A DNA stretch of 61,761 bases from Clostridiales bacterium (GTDB lineage Bacteria; Bacillota; Clostridia; Lachnospirales; Lachnospiraceae), in the NCBI GenBank assembly GCA_020860365.1, contig JAJBUL010000237.1, positions 1 through 61,761 on the forward strand, given 5' to 3'. The position numbers were made by a program, and so were the translations under genes. The notes beneath the pieces are model-generated. The model searched no databases, was not told the DNA's origin, and saw only the letters and a program-made list of their open reading frames with translations. Positions 18,298-27,747 of this stretch are shown piece by piece. Position 1 is the stretch's first letter; every line of letters starts with the position of its first letter.

Positions 18298-19902
18298 ATG
18301 ACGAAAAAAATATCCAGGAGAGATTTTCTGCGCGGAGGAGCAGCCGTACTGGCACTGGGAACAATGGAAGGAGCAGGATTTGCGACAACAGCACAGGTGG
18401 AGGAGAAGCCAACTTACACGATTGCTACTGTGAGATGGACAGACACCTGGCCAACAGACTACCTCTATGAGGGAATCATGCAGGAACTGGCGGATAAGCA
18501 TGGCATCAATATTGAATGGCAGGTGTACTATAATTCGGACTGGAACGAGCAGAAGTCACTGCTGTTGGCATCCGGCGATCTTCCGGACGCATTTTTCGGC
18601 TCGATCTGTCTTACCGCGACGGATGTTTCTCAGAATAAACCGTTCTTTGTGGAACTCACAGATCTGATTGACGAGTACATGCCCAACCTGGTGTCCGTAA
18701 TGGAGGAATGCCCGGATCTGCGGGCGGTCTGCACCGACCGTGATGGCAAGATTTACAGTCTGCCCAAGAAGCTGCCGCTTCGCCCGGAGGTGTGCGGCAA
18801 TGTTCTCTACATCAATCAGGACTGGCTGGATAATCTGGGACTGGAGACGCCGACCACGCTGGACGAGCTGACCGCGGTACTGAAGGCATTTGCGGCAGAG
18901 GATGCGGACGGCGACGGAGATGCGACCAGTGAGATTGGCTATACCAACTCAGCCGGATCCGTGCTGAGCGGAGACCTGCGAAATATTATGTTTCCATTTG
19001 GGACGATGGTGAGCCGCGCAGACAATTATATGGGGCTGAATGGAGAGGGCACGCCAGTATTTATGCCGATTGAAGAGAACTATAAATCCGCGGTGGTATG
19101 GATGCATGACCTCTATGAGAGCGGTGTGCTCGATCCGGAATATTTCACGCAGGAAGGCAGTACGGCAACCGCAAAAAGACAGGCTGAGGGAGGTTCTAAG
19201 GTCGGTCTGTTCACCGGGTGGACCGCAGACGCAGAGGCCGGTGTGAACGCATCGCAGTTTGTGGCGCTGGAAGCGATAGAAGGCCCGGATGGGAACCGTT
19301 ACGTAGAGAATGCTTCAAACTATCTGGATATCTCCGATCGAGAGCTTTTGATCACCACAAAATGCGAGAATCCGGAGAAGCTGCTTGCGTGGGCAGATGA
19401 TTTCTATACCGATCTGGTTTCCCTCCAGACCTTTTACGGCTCCATCCCGGACTGTGTGGCGGAGAATGAGGATGGGACATATGAGGTTCTTGTTCCGGAA
19501 GACGGAAGTTCTCTCGATACCTCTGCATGGTCCAATTCCATGCGTGACTTTGGCCCGAAGTACATGACCGATGAATTTGCTGCGCTGGTATCCCTTCCAG
19601 AGGATCAGGGCGACGGCATTAAGCTGGCCGAGGACGAGATCAACGCGCAGTATGTGACGACGGACAGGAACGTTGGACTTCCGGTGCTCCAGTACACAGA
19701 CGATGAGCTGAGCCGGATCAATACGCTTGGCATTGATATCTACAGCTATTGCGAAGCACAGTATGCCCACTGGGTAGTGGATGGCGGCGTAGAGGAAGAG
19801 TGGGACAGCTATGTAGAGCAGCTGAAGAAAATGGGGGTAGAAGAACTGATTTCCATCCATCAGGACGCTTATGACGCGTATCTGGAAAATAAGGAAGCGT
19901 AA
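18298..19902 (+). CDS. Carbohydrate ABC transporter solute-binding protein (LplA-like) with a twin-arginine leader
   Basis: ATG 18298 after AAAGGAGG; 'SRRDFLRG'; 'LLLASGDLPD', 'INQDWLDNLGLETPTT'. Confidence 0.9.
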   Translation: MTKKISRRDFLRGGAAVLALGTMEGAGFATTAQVEEKPTYTIATVRWTDTWPTDYLYEGIMQELADKHGINIEWQVYYNSDWNEQKSLLLASGDLPDAFFGSICLTATDVSQNKPFFVELTDLIDEYMPNLVSVMEECPDLRAVCTDRDGKIYSLPKKLPLRPEVCGNVLYINQDWLDNLGLETPTTLDELTAVLKAFAAEDADGDGDATSEIGYTNSAGSVLSGDLRNIMFPFGTMVSRADNYMGLNGEGTPVFMPIEENYKSAVVWMHDLYESGVLDPEYFTQEGSTATAKRQAEGGSKVGLFTGWTADAEAGVNASQFVALEAIEGPDGNRYVENASNYLDISDRELLITTKCENPEKLLAWADDFYTDLVSLQTFYGSIPDCVAENEDGTYEVLVPEDGSSLDTSAWSNSMRDFGPKYMTDEFAALVSLPEDQGDGIKLAEDEINAQYVTTDRNVGLPVLQYTDDELSRINTLGIDIYSYCEAQYAHWVVDGGVEEEWDSYVEQLKKMGVEELISIHQDAYDAYLENKEA

Positions 19903-20072
19903 GTGAACGCGGGAGCGTTCAGGAGCAAATAGTGAGTGGACACAGGAATGTTCTGAAAAGGCGGGCAGACAATGATCCGGGAGATGTCGGGAAATACAGA
20001 TGGAAAACCGGCGTATCCTGTGATAAGGTGACGCCAGGATTGAATGTCATGAATGGAGTGCCTGGGAAGAAT

Positions 20073-21848
20073 ATGAAGAGGAACGCGGGAAACGCAAAGT
20101 ATAAAGTGCAAAGCTTAAAATCTGTGTCCATAAAGCTATTGGCTTTGTTCGCGGTGACGGTGGCAGGGCTGCTGGTATTCCTGGTTTTTGAGATCCAGGA
20201 GAACCGGAAGCTGATGGATGAGTATGTGAATGATACGGCTGGACTTTATGTCAACCAGATTAACCGGGACATTACTCAGATCACCAGTGAGCTGATTTAC
20301 ATCCTGGAAGGGAGTGACGACATCAGCAGCCTGCCGGATCAGCTTGCGCCATCTGATACAGCGTATTATGACACGCTGACCAGTATTATGGAGCAGAACC
20401 GTATTCTCAAAATCCGTTACCAGGAGACTTCCTTTTTTTATGTATACAGCTATCGTGTGGATGTCCTGATCACAGGCAGTGGAACAACCTTTGCGGACAG
20501 CTGGAAAAGTGATCTTTATGAGGAGCTTCTGGCTCTGCTAAAGGGACAGGAAGACTGGAATTCAAACACGACACAGTGGACGCTGCTGTATGTTGGGGAG
20601 GATTCTTACATTGTCAGCTGGTATACGAAGAATGGGAAGACGCTTGGTTGTGTGATGAATGTAGACACGGTGTTTGATATCCTCGGAGATGGAATCAGCA
20701 GCTACGAGGCCATTCCGTTTATGAAGGATGAGGAAGGAAATTTTCTCCTCCCGAAGGATATGACGAAGGAGTACCGTGAACTCATTCTGGAAGAAAAAAC
20801 AGAGAAAAATCTCTGTTCGTATCAATTGGGAAGCATTGGTGTTGTATATCTTTATATTGTCCCCGGCAGCGGGATGCTGGAGCGCCTCCTGAATATACAG
20901 GTTTTCTTTGCGGTACTGGTGGCGGTGATCATGATGCTGTGCGTGGGTGTGCTTTATGGCTATTACAGAAGAGTGATGGAGCCGATGCGCGAGTTTGTCG
21001 ATGGTCTGGATCGGCTGGATGAGGAGCAGATGCTCAATGAGGATGGAACCAACAACATTCTCGAGCTGCAATTTGCCAGCGGGCAGTTCCGCAAGCTGCT
21101 CCGGAAGATCCAGTCGCTGAAAATCATTATCTATGAGCGGGAGCTGAAAGAGCAGAAGGCGGAACTGGAATACGTGCAGGAGCAGCTGCGGCCGCATTTT
21201 CTGCTGAACTGCCTGAGTGTAATTCACGGAAAGGCGGATGAAAAGGGAGAGATGGAGATCGTTCGCATCACAGAGAAGCTGGCGGATTATATGAGATATG
21301 TGATGCGGGATTCCCATATTCTGCGGCGGGTCAGTGAAGAACTGGAACATATTGAAGCCTATGTGGAGATGCAGAAGCTGCGTTATGGGGAGGACTCTTT
21401 TTCCTATGAGGTGATGTCAGACGCAGATGTAGGGGATTGTCTGATTCCTCCGCTGGTACTGCAGACGCTGGTAGAAAACGCGATTGTGCATGAAGTGACG
21501 TTGGATGCGAAGATCGAGATTTCTCTTTACATTACGGTAGAGAAGTATGAGGAGACTCCTTATCTCTACATCAGCGTATCCGATACGGGAAGCGGTTTTT
21601 CGGAGGAGATTCTGGAGGCACTGGAGAAGGACAGCCCGATTGTTTACAACGGACGCACCCATATAGGCCTGCAGAACGTTCGCCGGAGGCTGGAATTGAT
21701 GTATGGCGGCCGTGCGGGCATCACCTTTTCAAATATGGCGAAAAACTTTGGTGCGGTAGTGGAGGTGCGCCTGCCGCTGGAGCGTGCGGGAGATGGAGCA
21801 GAGACGATACAGGTAAGACGGAGGAGTGGACAAGATGAGAAAGAATAA
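20073..21848 (+). CDS. YesM-type sensor histidine kinase
   Basis: Two TMs; H-box 'QLRPHFLLNCL', 'LQTLVENAIVH', 'DTGSGF', 'IGLQNV'; start uncertain (19932-20073). Confidence 0.9.
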   Translation: MKRNAGNAKYKVQSLKSVSIKLLALFAVTVAGLLVFLVFEIQENRKLMDEYVNDTAGLYVNQINRDITQITSELIYILEGSDDISSLPDQLAPSDTAYYDTLTSIMEQNRILKIRYQETSFFYVYSYRVDVLITGSGTTFADSWKSDLYEELLALLKGQEDWNSNTTQWTLLYVGEDSYIVSWYTKNGKTLGCVMNVDTVFDILGDGISSYEAIPFMKDEEGNFLLPKDMTKEYRELILEEKTEKNLCSYQLGSIGVVYLYIVPGSGMLERLLNIQVFFAVLVAVIMMLCVGVLYGYYRRVMEPMREFVDGLDRLDEEQMLNEDGTNNILELQFASGQFRKLLRKIQSLKIIIYERELKEQKAELEYVQEQLRPHFLLNCLSVIHGKADEKGEMEIVRITEKLADYMRYVMRDSHILRRVSEELEHIEAYVEMQKLRYGEDSFSYEVMSDADVGDCLIPPLVLQTLVENAIVHEVTLDAKIEISLYITVEKYEETPYLYISVSDTGSGFSEEILEALEKDSPIVYNGRTHIGLQNVRRRLELMYGGRAGITFSNMAKNFGAVVEVRLPLERAGDGAETIQVRRRSGQDEKE

Positions 21849-24228
21849 CCTGTGGAAGATGGAGCCGGTCGGCCGAGAAGAAAATACAGTCAGAGGGGAG
21901 CACTATCGCTTCACGCTGCTGACGCCCTGTCTGATCCGGATGGAGTATCGGGAGGATGGTGCTTTTGAGGATCGGCCGACTCAGATGGTATGGAATCGGA
22001 GATTTGACGAGGTTCCTTTTCGTCTGGTAAAGGACGGAAAAGGATTCGATCTGTTCACAGAGCAGATGCATATCACGTATGATGGACAAAGATTTTCGCC
22101 GAATGGCCTGACGGCAAAGGCACTCGGCGGACTTCACCCCTATGGCAACAGCTGGAGGTATGGGGAAAACGGTCAGAATCTGGGAGGTACGGTAAGAACT
22201 CTGGATAAGGTGGATGGCGCGTGTGTGCTCTCGGATGGGATCCAGTCGTTTACCGGATGCTCAGTTCTGGATGACAGCCAGTCGCTGCTTCTCACAGAAG
22301 AGGACTGGGTCGAGCCGCGGCGGGGGGAAGGGATCGATTTGTACCTGTTTGCCTACGGAAACGACTACAAACAGGCGCTGAAGGATTTTTACCGTCTGAC
22401 TGGAAACACGCCGATGCTGCCCAGGTATGCGCTTGGCAACTGGTGGAGCCGTTACTATGCGTATACCGAAGAAAGTTACATGGAGCTGGTGAACCGCTTC
22501 CAGGCGGAGAAAATTCCCTTTACTGTGGCGGTCATAGACATGGACTGGCATCTGGTTGGGGAAGTCGACCCGAAATACGGCTCCGGCTGGACCGGCTATA
22601 CCTGGAACCGGACACTTTTTCCGGATCCGGAGCGCTTTCTTTCCTGGCTCCATGCGCACGGAATGCGGACGACACTGAACCTGCATCCGGCGGACGGCAT
22701 TCGCGCCTTCGAGGAGGCATATCCTCGCATGGCCGAGAGCCTGGGGAATGTGGACACAGAGCATGAGGCGCCAATCGACTTTGACATTACAAATCCGGAA
22801 TTTCTGGAGGCATATTTTGACTGCGTTCTCCATCCGGAGGAGGATCATGGGGTAGATTTCTGGTGGATTGACTGGCAGCAGGGCGATACCACAAAGATTC
22901 CCGGACTGGATCCGCTGTGGATGCTGAACCACTATCACTATCTGGACAATGCCCGCAATGGAAAGAGGCCGATGACCTTTTCCAGGTATGCGGGGCCGGG
23001 TTCCCACCGCTACCCGGTCGGTTTCTCTGGCGATACGATCACGACATGGAAATCGCTGGATTTTCAGCCGTATTTTACCAGCACAGCCTCTAATATCGGC
23101 TATGGCTGGTGGAGTCATGACATCGGTGGGCATATGCTGGGCTATAAAAACGACGACATGGCGGCGCGCTGGGTGCAGTATGGGGTGTTTTCTCCAATTA
23201 ACCGTCTGCACAGCTCGAAAAGCGAATTTAACGGCAAAGAGCCGTGGCGTTATCCGGAAGAGATCGCGGGCGTGATGACCGATTTCCTGCGTCTTCGCCA
23301 TGAATTACTGCCCTACCTGTATACGATGAATTACCGCGCGTATCAGGAAAACCTGCCTCTGATCCTGCCGATGTATTACGATTATCCGACAGCGAGGGAG
23401 GCTTATCAGGTGAAGAATCAATATCTCTTCGGCACGGCGTTCCTGGTTGCTCCGATCACGACGCCGGAGATCGCTGGCATTGACCGGGGCAAGGTACATG
23501 TGTGGCTGCCGGAAGGGCGGTATATCGACTTCTTTACGGGAATGTTGTACTCCGGTGGGCGCGAGCTGGATATGTACCGCGATATCCATTCCATCCCGGT
23601 GTTGGCAAAAGCGGGTGCGATCGTTCCCTTAACGCCGGAAATTATCGGACCGGCGGCGACAGGGAACCCGCGAAGGCTCTGCATCTGCGTTTTTGGCGGG
23701 GCGGACGGGACATTTACTCTCTACGAGGATGACAATGAAACCTGTGCGTATCAGAGCGGAGACTGTGCAATGACCGCGATGGCATTTGACTGGGAGCAGG
23801 GAATCTTTACTATTGAGAGAGCAAAAGGAAATCTGACTTTGCTTCCTGAAGAAAGGATTTACGAAGTGCGTTTCTATGGGGTAAAAGACTCCACTGTAGT
23901 GGCTGAGGTCGACGGTGTGCGCGTCGAGGCGCAAAAAGAATATGATTCTGTCCTGGGCTGCCTGCGGGCAGGTCTTCCGGAGATCACCCCCGGTCAGTCC
24001 GTCCGGGTCACGATATCGCAGGCAGCCCTGCGGGAGAATGATGTGACCGGACAGGTTTTCGACCTTCTGAATCGCGCAGAAATTGATTTTGTGGTCAAAG
24101 AAAAAGTCTATTCCCTGGTGAAAAAAACCGTTCCGACCGCTGTCAAAGTGGCAGAGCTTCATTCGCAAAGGCTTGATGCGGAGCTGGTGGGGGCAGTCAC
24201 GGAGATCCTGACCGCATATGTGGAGTGA
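21835..24228 (+). CDS. Glycoside hydrolase family 31 (GH31_u1-like alpha-glucosidase)
   Basis: 'GNWWSRY', 'VIDMDWH', nucleophile motif 'FWWIDWQQG', acid/base 'WSHDIGGH'. Confidence 0.9.
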   Translation: MRKNNLWKMEPVGREENTVRGEHYRFTLLTPCLIRMEYREDGAFEDRPTQMVWNRRFDEVPFRLVKDGKGFDLFTEQMHITYDGQRFSPNGLTAKALGGLHPYGNSWRYGENGQNLGGTVRTLDKVDGACVLSDGIQSFTGCSVLDDSQSLLLTEEDWVEPRRGEGIDLYLFAYGNDYKQALKDFYRLTGNTPMLPRYALGNWWSRYYAYTEESYMELVNRFQAEKIPFTVAVIDMDWHLVGEVDPKYGSGWTGYTWNRTLFPDPERFLSWLHAHGMRTTLNLHPADGIRAFEEAYPRMAESLGNVDTEHEAPIDFDITNPEFLEAYFDCVLHPEEDHGVDFWWIDWQQGDTTKIPGLDPLWMLNHYHYLDNARNGKRPMTFSRYAGPGSHRYPVGFSGDTITTWKSLDFQPYFTSTASNIGYGWWSHDIGGHMLGYKNDDMAARWVQYGVFSPINRLHSSKSEFNGKEPWRYPEEIAGVMTDFLRLRHELLPYLYTMNYRAYQENLPLILPMYYDYPTAREAYQVKNQYLFGTAFLVAPITTPEIAGIDRGKVHVWLPEGRYIDFFTGMLYSGGRELDMYRDIHSIPVLAKAGAIVPLTPEIIGPAATGNPRRLCICVFGGADGTFTLYEDDNETCAYQSGDCAMTAMAFDWEQGIFTIERAKGNLTLLPEERIYEVRFYGVKDSTVVAEVDGVRVEAQKEYDSVLGCLRAGLPEITPGQSVRVTISQAALRENDVTGQVFDLLNRAEIDFVVKEKVYSLVKKTVPTAVKVAELHSQRLDAELVGAVTEILTAYVE

Positions 24229-24547
24229 AAAATCCCCGGGAAGTGGAAAGTTAAACGATGCAGATTCACTGCTAAACACGGTTCGAACCCTGCTTTCTCT
24301 GCGTCACGCCAAGGAGGATCTCCAGGCGGACGCGGAATTCGAGGCACTCTACGCCGAGAGAAGGAAGCTCCCGTTCGTGTATCGCAGGGGCGGCCTGATT
24401 CTCGCCCTGAACCCATCCGCAGAGCGCGTAAGCGCACCGGTGGCCGTGACCGGCAAAGAGAAAAAAGTCCTTTTCTCAATCGGAAACGGGGTGATGAGCA
24501 ACAAAGAGATTGCTTTGGAGCCACAGTCCTTTGTTGTGTGGAAGTAA
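24218..24547 (+). pseudogene. C-terminal remnant of a GH13 alpha-amylase/alpha-glucosidase-like gene
   Basis: 'DADSLLNTVRTLLSLRH...FVYRRG..ILALNPS...LEPQSFVVWK' resembles the end of a GH13 barrel plus the C-terminal beta-sandwich; the catalytic domain is absent. Confidence 0.55.
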
Positions 24548-24567
24548 TAGAAGAACGACAGATAGAG

Positions 24568-24598
24568 AAAAAGAGCTGCTTTGGACGGCTCTTTTTTT
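24568..24598. terminator. Bidirectional terminator at the GH31 / amidohydrolase convergence
   Basis: aaaaagagctg-ctttgga-cggctcttttttt. Confidence 0.75.
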
Positions 24599-24634
24599 GC
24601 AGCGCTCCAGCTCCGCCAGACTCTCCGGGGTACC
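24588..24634. repeat. Direct copy of a 46-bp segment internal to the amidohydrolase gene (25282-25327)
   Basis: gctc(T)6-7gcagcgctccagctccgccagactctccggggtacc occurs at both positions. Confidence 0.95.
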
Positions 24635-24670
24635 TATTGCTGTTTCCTCTATCTGTTCTGCGTGAATGAA

Positions 24671-25705
24671 TCAGATCTGATAAATCCTTTCCGCGTTCCC
24701 ATGCAGCATCTGCTCTTTTTCTTCCTCGGTGACATCCAGTGCGCGCACAAACGCCGGGCCGTCGGTCAGCCATTCTTTGCGCACCGGATAGGAGGTGCCC
24801 CAGATGATATGATCCGCGCCAAGTACCTTCACCGCGCACTCCAGCTGGGTCTTTCCCCAGGGCTGCGCATGGGACATTTCAAAATAAATGTGCTCACGGA
24901 AACGTGCCGCCATTTCACCGCTGTCAGATTTGAAACGGCTGACATCTTCAGTCTTTTTCGCCTGCTGCGGGAACATCATGTTTGCGATGGCAAAGAAGCC
25001 GCCGCCGAGCATGGAGTGTACCATTTTAAGGTTCGGATATTTTACAAACAGATCGCTGAAGACCTCGCGGCCTACGGCGAGTCCCTGGTCCACGCACCGG
25101 CCATAGGAACGTCTTACATTATTATACGCACAGAAGGACTGGTATTCCGCCGGAATCGGGGTATGATGAACGTAAACGCTCATCTCCAGCTCATTGACCT
25201 TCGCGAAAAACGCGTCAAATTTTTCATCGTCCAGATAGGCATCTCCATAATGCGCGCTGACCTGTACAGCGTTCATACCCAGCTCTTTTTTGCAGCGCTC
25301 CAGCTCCGCCAGACTCTCCGGGGTACCGTAGGGAGGAACAACCGCCAGTGCAATCAGCCTGCCGCTGCTCGCTTTTTCATATGCGTGCATCCCGTCATTG
25401 AACATACGGCAAAAGTCCAGATCCATCCATTCATGGCAGCCTGGCACCTTCAGCAGCGCCTTGTCTACGCCCGCCGCGTCCAGATCCGCCAGCTGACTCT
25501 CCATGACATAGTCCCCCTGCACATAGTTCAGGTTTGGGCTGCCCTCCGGTTTCTCAAGCACAACCTGCTTTTCCCCGTTCGTGCCGGGAATCTCCTCACA
25601 GCGACCATGCCAGCCAAACTTCACTTCACTCAGGAAACGCGCCATCAGATCATCGTCTGTAAAAAGCGCTTCCGGAACCCAGTATAAATTCGCATCAATT
25701 ATCAT
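24671..25705 (-). CDS. Amidohydrolase family (Amidohydro_2) protein with non-canonical metal ligands
   Basis: ATG 25705 after GGAGGT; TIM-barrel pattern 'IIDANLY', 'YVHH', 'LGADHIIWGTSYP', 'MLHGNAERIY'. Confidence 0.82.
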   Translation of the reverse strand: MIIDANLYWVPEALFTDDDLMARFLSEVKFGWHGRCEEIPGTNGEKQVVLEKPEGSPNLNYVQGDYVMESQLADLDAAGVDKALLKVPGCHEWMDLDFCRMFNDGMHAYEKASSGRLIALAVVPPYGTPESLAELERCKKELGMNAVQVSAHYGDAYLDDEKFDAFFAKVNELEMSVYVHHTPIPAEYQSFCAYNNVRRSYGRCVDQGLAVGREVFSDLFVKYPNLKMVHSMLGGGFFAIANMMFPQQAKKTEDVSRFKSDSGEMAARFREHIYFEMSHAQPWGKTQLECAVKVLGADHIIWGTSYPVRKEWLTDGPAFVRALDVTEEEKEQMLHGNAERIYQI

Positions 25706-25844
25706 TTTTGAATACCTCCATTTTGAAATATATGCTTCAATCTTATCCCTATTTCGGATACACACGCACAAGTCGGTCAAGTCACACCGCAGACCATACA
25801 GCAAGTGCGTGGTCTGGTGGTGAATCGTAACCACAAGTTTCTGT

Positions 25845-27188
25845 TTATTTCAGGCTTTCCAGCATCTCCACCGCCTTCGCCGCAAGCAGTTCTGCCGCAC
25901 CGCGCCCGAACGGAGAATTCTGCGCCTCATAGCAGCTGCGGTCATATGCACTCTCATCTGCCATATATTTGGAAGCGCCGTTGACGAGCGTACAGATCAG
26001 TGTCGTGCCAAACCCGGACTGCTCCATGATAAACTCTGCCGTCCGGCAGGTCAGCTCTGGCTTCACGCCCAGCAGCGCCAGATCGCCGATGCGAATTGCC
26101 TCGATCGTCGTCTCACTCTCACCGTCCGGCTCATACACAGCATGTCTGGTCGGACGCAAACTGTGCAGATCATGGTTCATGTGCTTCGCCGGTACCATCA
26201 GGCTTGCAGAAGCTGCTTTCATCGTCGGTTCATCTGTCTTACTCTGATTTGTCTCACATAGCTCCGCATTCTCTTGTGAAAAATTCGCTTTTGTCTGGCT
26301 CACTTCATGCGCAATCTCACAGATCCGCTTCTTCAGCTCCTCCGAAAGACGGTCACAAATTGCAAAACCTTCCTCATGCAGATCGGTATGGATTTTTTCG
26401 CCATTCTCGAAAGTTTCGTTTACCGCCTTCTCGATGGGCGCCTGATCCGCTGCTGCGCCGATCAGAAACAGGCAGACAAGGCTCTCCCCGCTCTCTTCTT
26501 CTACTTTCCGGCAGGCGTTTCCGGCGATGTCGGAAGTCACCGGTTTTTTGCCGTCTGAAAGCACCGACTGATCCATGACGGAAGACTGAATCGCGAAATG
26601 GCTGATCAGGGCGATCGGCTTGCCTGCCAGATCATTGAACCGAAGAACGGTCACCATGCGGTTCGTCGGCCCATCGCCATTCGTGCCGACCCACCAGCCG
26701 TCCGCTGTCTCAATATCCCGGCTCGCCACAATACCGCACTCTCTGGCTCCGATTTCCATTGTCGCACTCTGCAGATTGTTCACGGCCTCCTCTGCCGATC
26801 CAACCGCGGCTTCCCGCAGCGCTTCGCGGTATTTTGTCTTCAGGGCAAGCTCCCCTTCTGATTTAAAATGACGATCTGGAAGCAAATGCGGTGAGGAGAA
26901 TGAATGAGTCACGCACACCCAGATGTTTTCCTCTTTCACACCCGTTTTTTCCGTGATCAGCGCACGGATGGCCTCCGTCTCTTCCCCCGGCATGGAAGTG
27001 ATCTCCAGGGAAACCAGGATCACCGTACTTTCTGTTTTTTCCTGCCGGATTGCTACCGCCCTCGCATGAATCGGGTCATGGATCATCCCAAAATTCTCAA
27101 CCGCAAGGTAATCCTGCGGGATCTCAATCACGCGCTTTCCCGCTCCTGCCTTTAGTCCTCCCATACTTTTATCCTTCTTTCTTTCCAT
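25845..27188 (-). CDS. Neutral/alkaline ceramidase N-terminal-domain-like protein
   Basis: 'LKAGAGKRVI', 'IHDPIHARAV', 'VTHSFSSPH', 'GAAADQAP', 'IRIGDLAL', 'YEAQNSPF'. Confidence 0.7.
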   Translation of the reverse strand: MERKKDKSMGGLKAGAGKRVIEIPQDYLAVENFGMIHDPIHARAVAIRQEKTESTVILVSLEITSMPGEETEAIRALITEKTGVKEENIWVCVTHSFSSPHLLPDRHFKSEGELALKTKYREALREAAVGSAEEAVNNLQSATMEIGARECGIVASRDIETADGWWVGTNGDGPTNRMVTVLRFNDLAGKPIALISHFAIQSSVMDQSVLSDGKKPVTSDIAGNACRKVEEESGESLVCLFLIGAAADQAPIEKAVNETFENGEKIHTDLHEEGFAICDRLSEELKKRICEIAHEVSQTKANFSQENAELCETNQSKTDEPTMKAASASLMVPAKHMNHDLHSLRPTRHAVYEPDGESETTIEAIRIGDLALLGVKPELTCRTAEFIMEQSGFGTTLICTLVNGASKYMADESAYDRSCYEAQNSPFGRGAAELLAAKAVEMLESLK

Positions 27189-27228
27189 TCACATTTGATC
27201 ATTTAACCAAATACAACTGCACACTTTG

Positions 27229-27660
27229 CTACCACGCCAGCAGTGCGCTGCACATACTCTCCGTTGTGTCTTTACTCTCGTAATTAAACACAAACACATC
27301 CGTCTCTGTAGTCACCACAAGGTAGCATTCCAGTGCGTTCTTCACACAGAGCATATACTGTCCCCACGCATCATTTTCCCAGATGCCGACGGTATACTTG
27401 TCTTCGGAAACAGCGTTTATGGCGTTTCCCATATCAAAGGAAGTCACAATCTCGGCTGAACGGAGCTCTTCTTTGCCAAATTGAATCACCACTTCATCCT
27501 CATAGGAAACCATAAACACTTCATCTTCAATGTTAATGCTCATGGCGGCTTTTTTAAAAATGCCAAGCGCAGCCAGGATTCCTACAATCACAACCACCGC
27601 AACCAGACCTTTGAGCGCGTTCACGACTCCCTGATGTTTTTCCAGAAAATCTGTATTCAT
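27229..27660 (-). CDS. Hypothetical single-TM protein with a probable small beta (PH-like) domain
   Basis: 143 aa, hydrophobic stretch at aa 18-35, co-oriented within the operon. Confidence 0.65.
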   Translation of the reverse strand: MNTDFLEKHQGVVNALKGLVAVVVIVGILAALGIFKKAAMSINIEDEVFMVSYEDEVVIQFGKEELRSAEIVTSFDMGNAINAVSEDKYTVGIWENDAWGQYMLCVKNALECYLVVTTETDVFVFNYESKDTTESMCSALLAW

Positions 27661-27747
27661 CTTTTTAACCGACCTCTGCCCGTATCTCGAATCCTGTGTT
27701 TACGTGCTCCGCACACGCACAGCCTTCCATTTTATTGACTGATATGC

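Noticed and set aside
24581-25687. 368-aa plus-strand ORF and other long antisense ORFs (e.g. 33740-34876, 37033-37989, 22261-23301, 31988-32932)
   Set aside because: They lie antisense to well-supported genes and have no motifs; such shadows are expected from codon bias.
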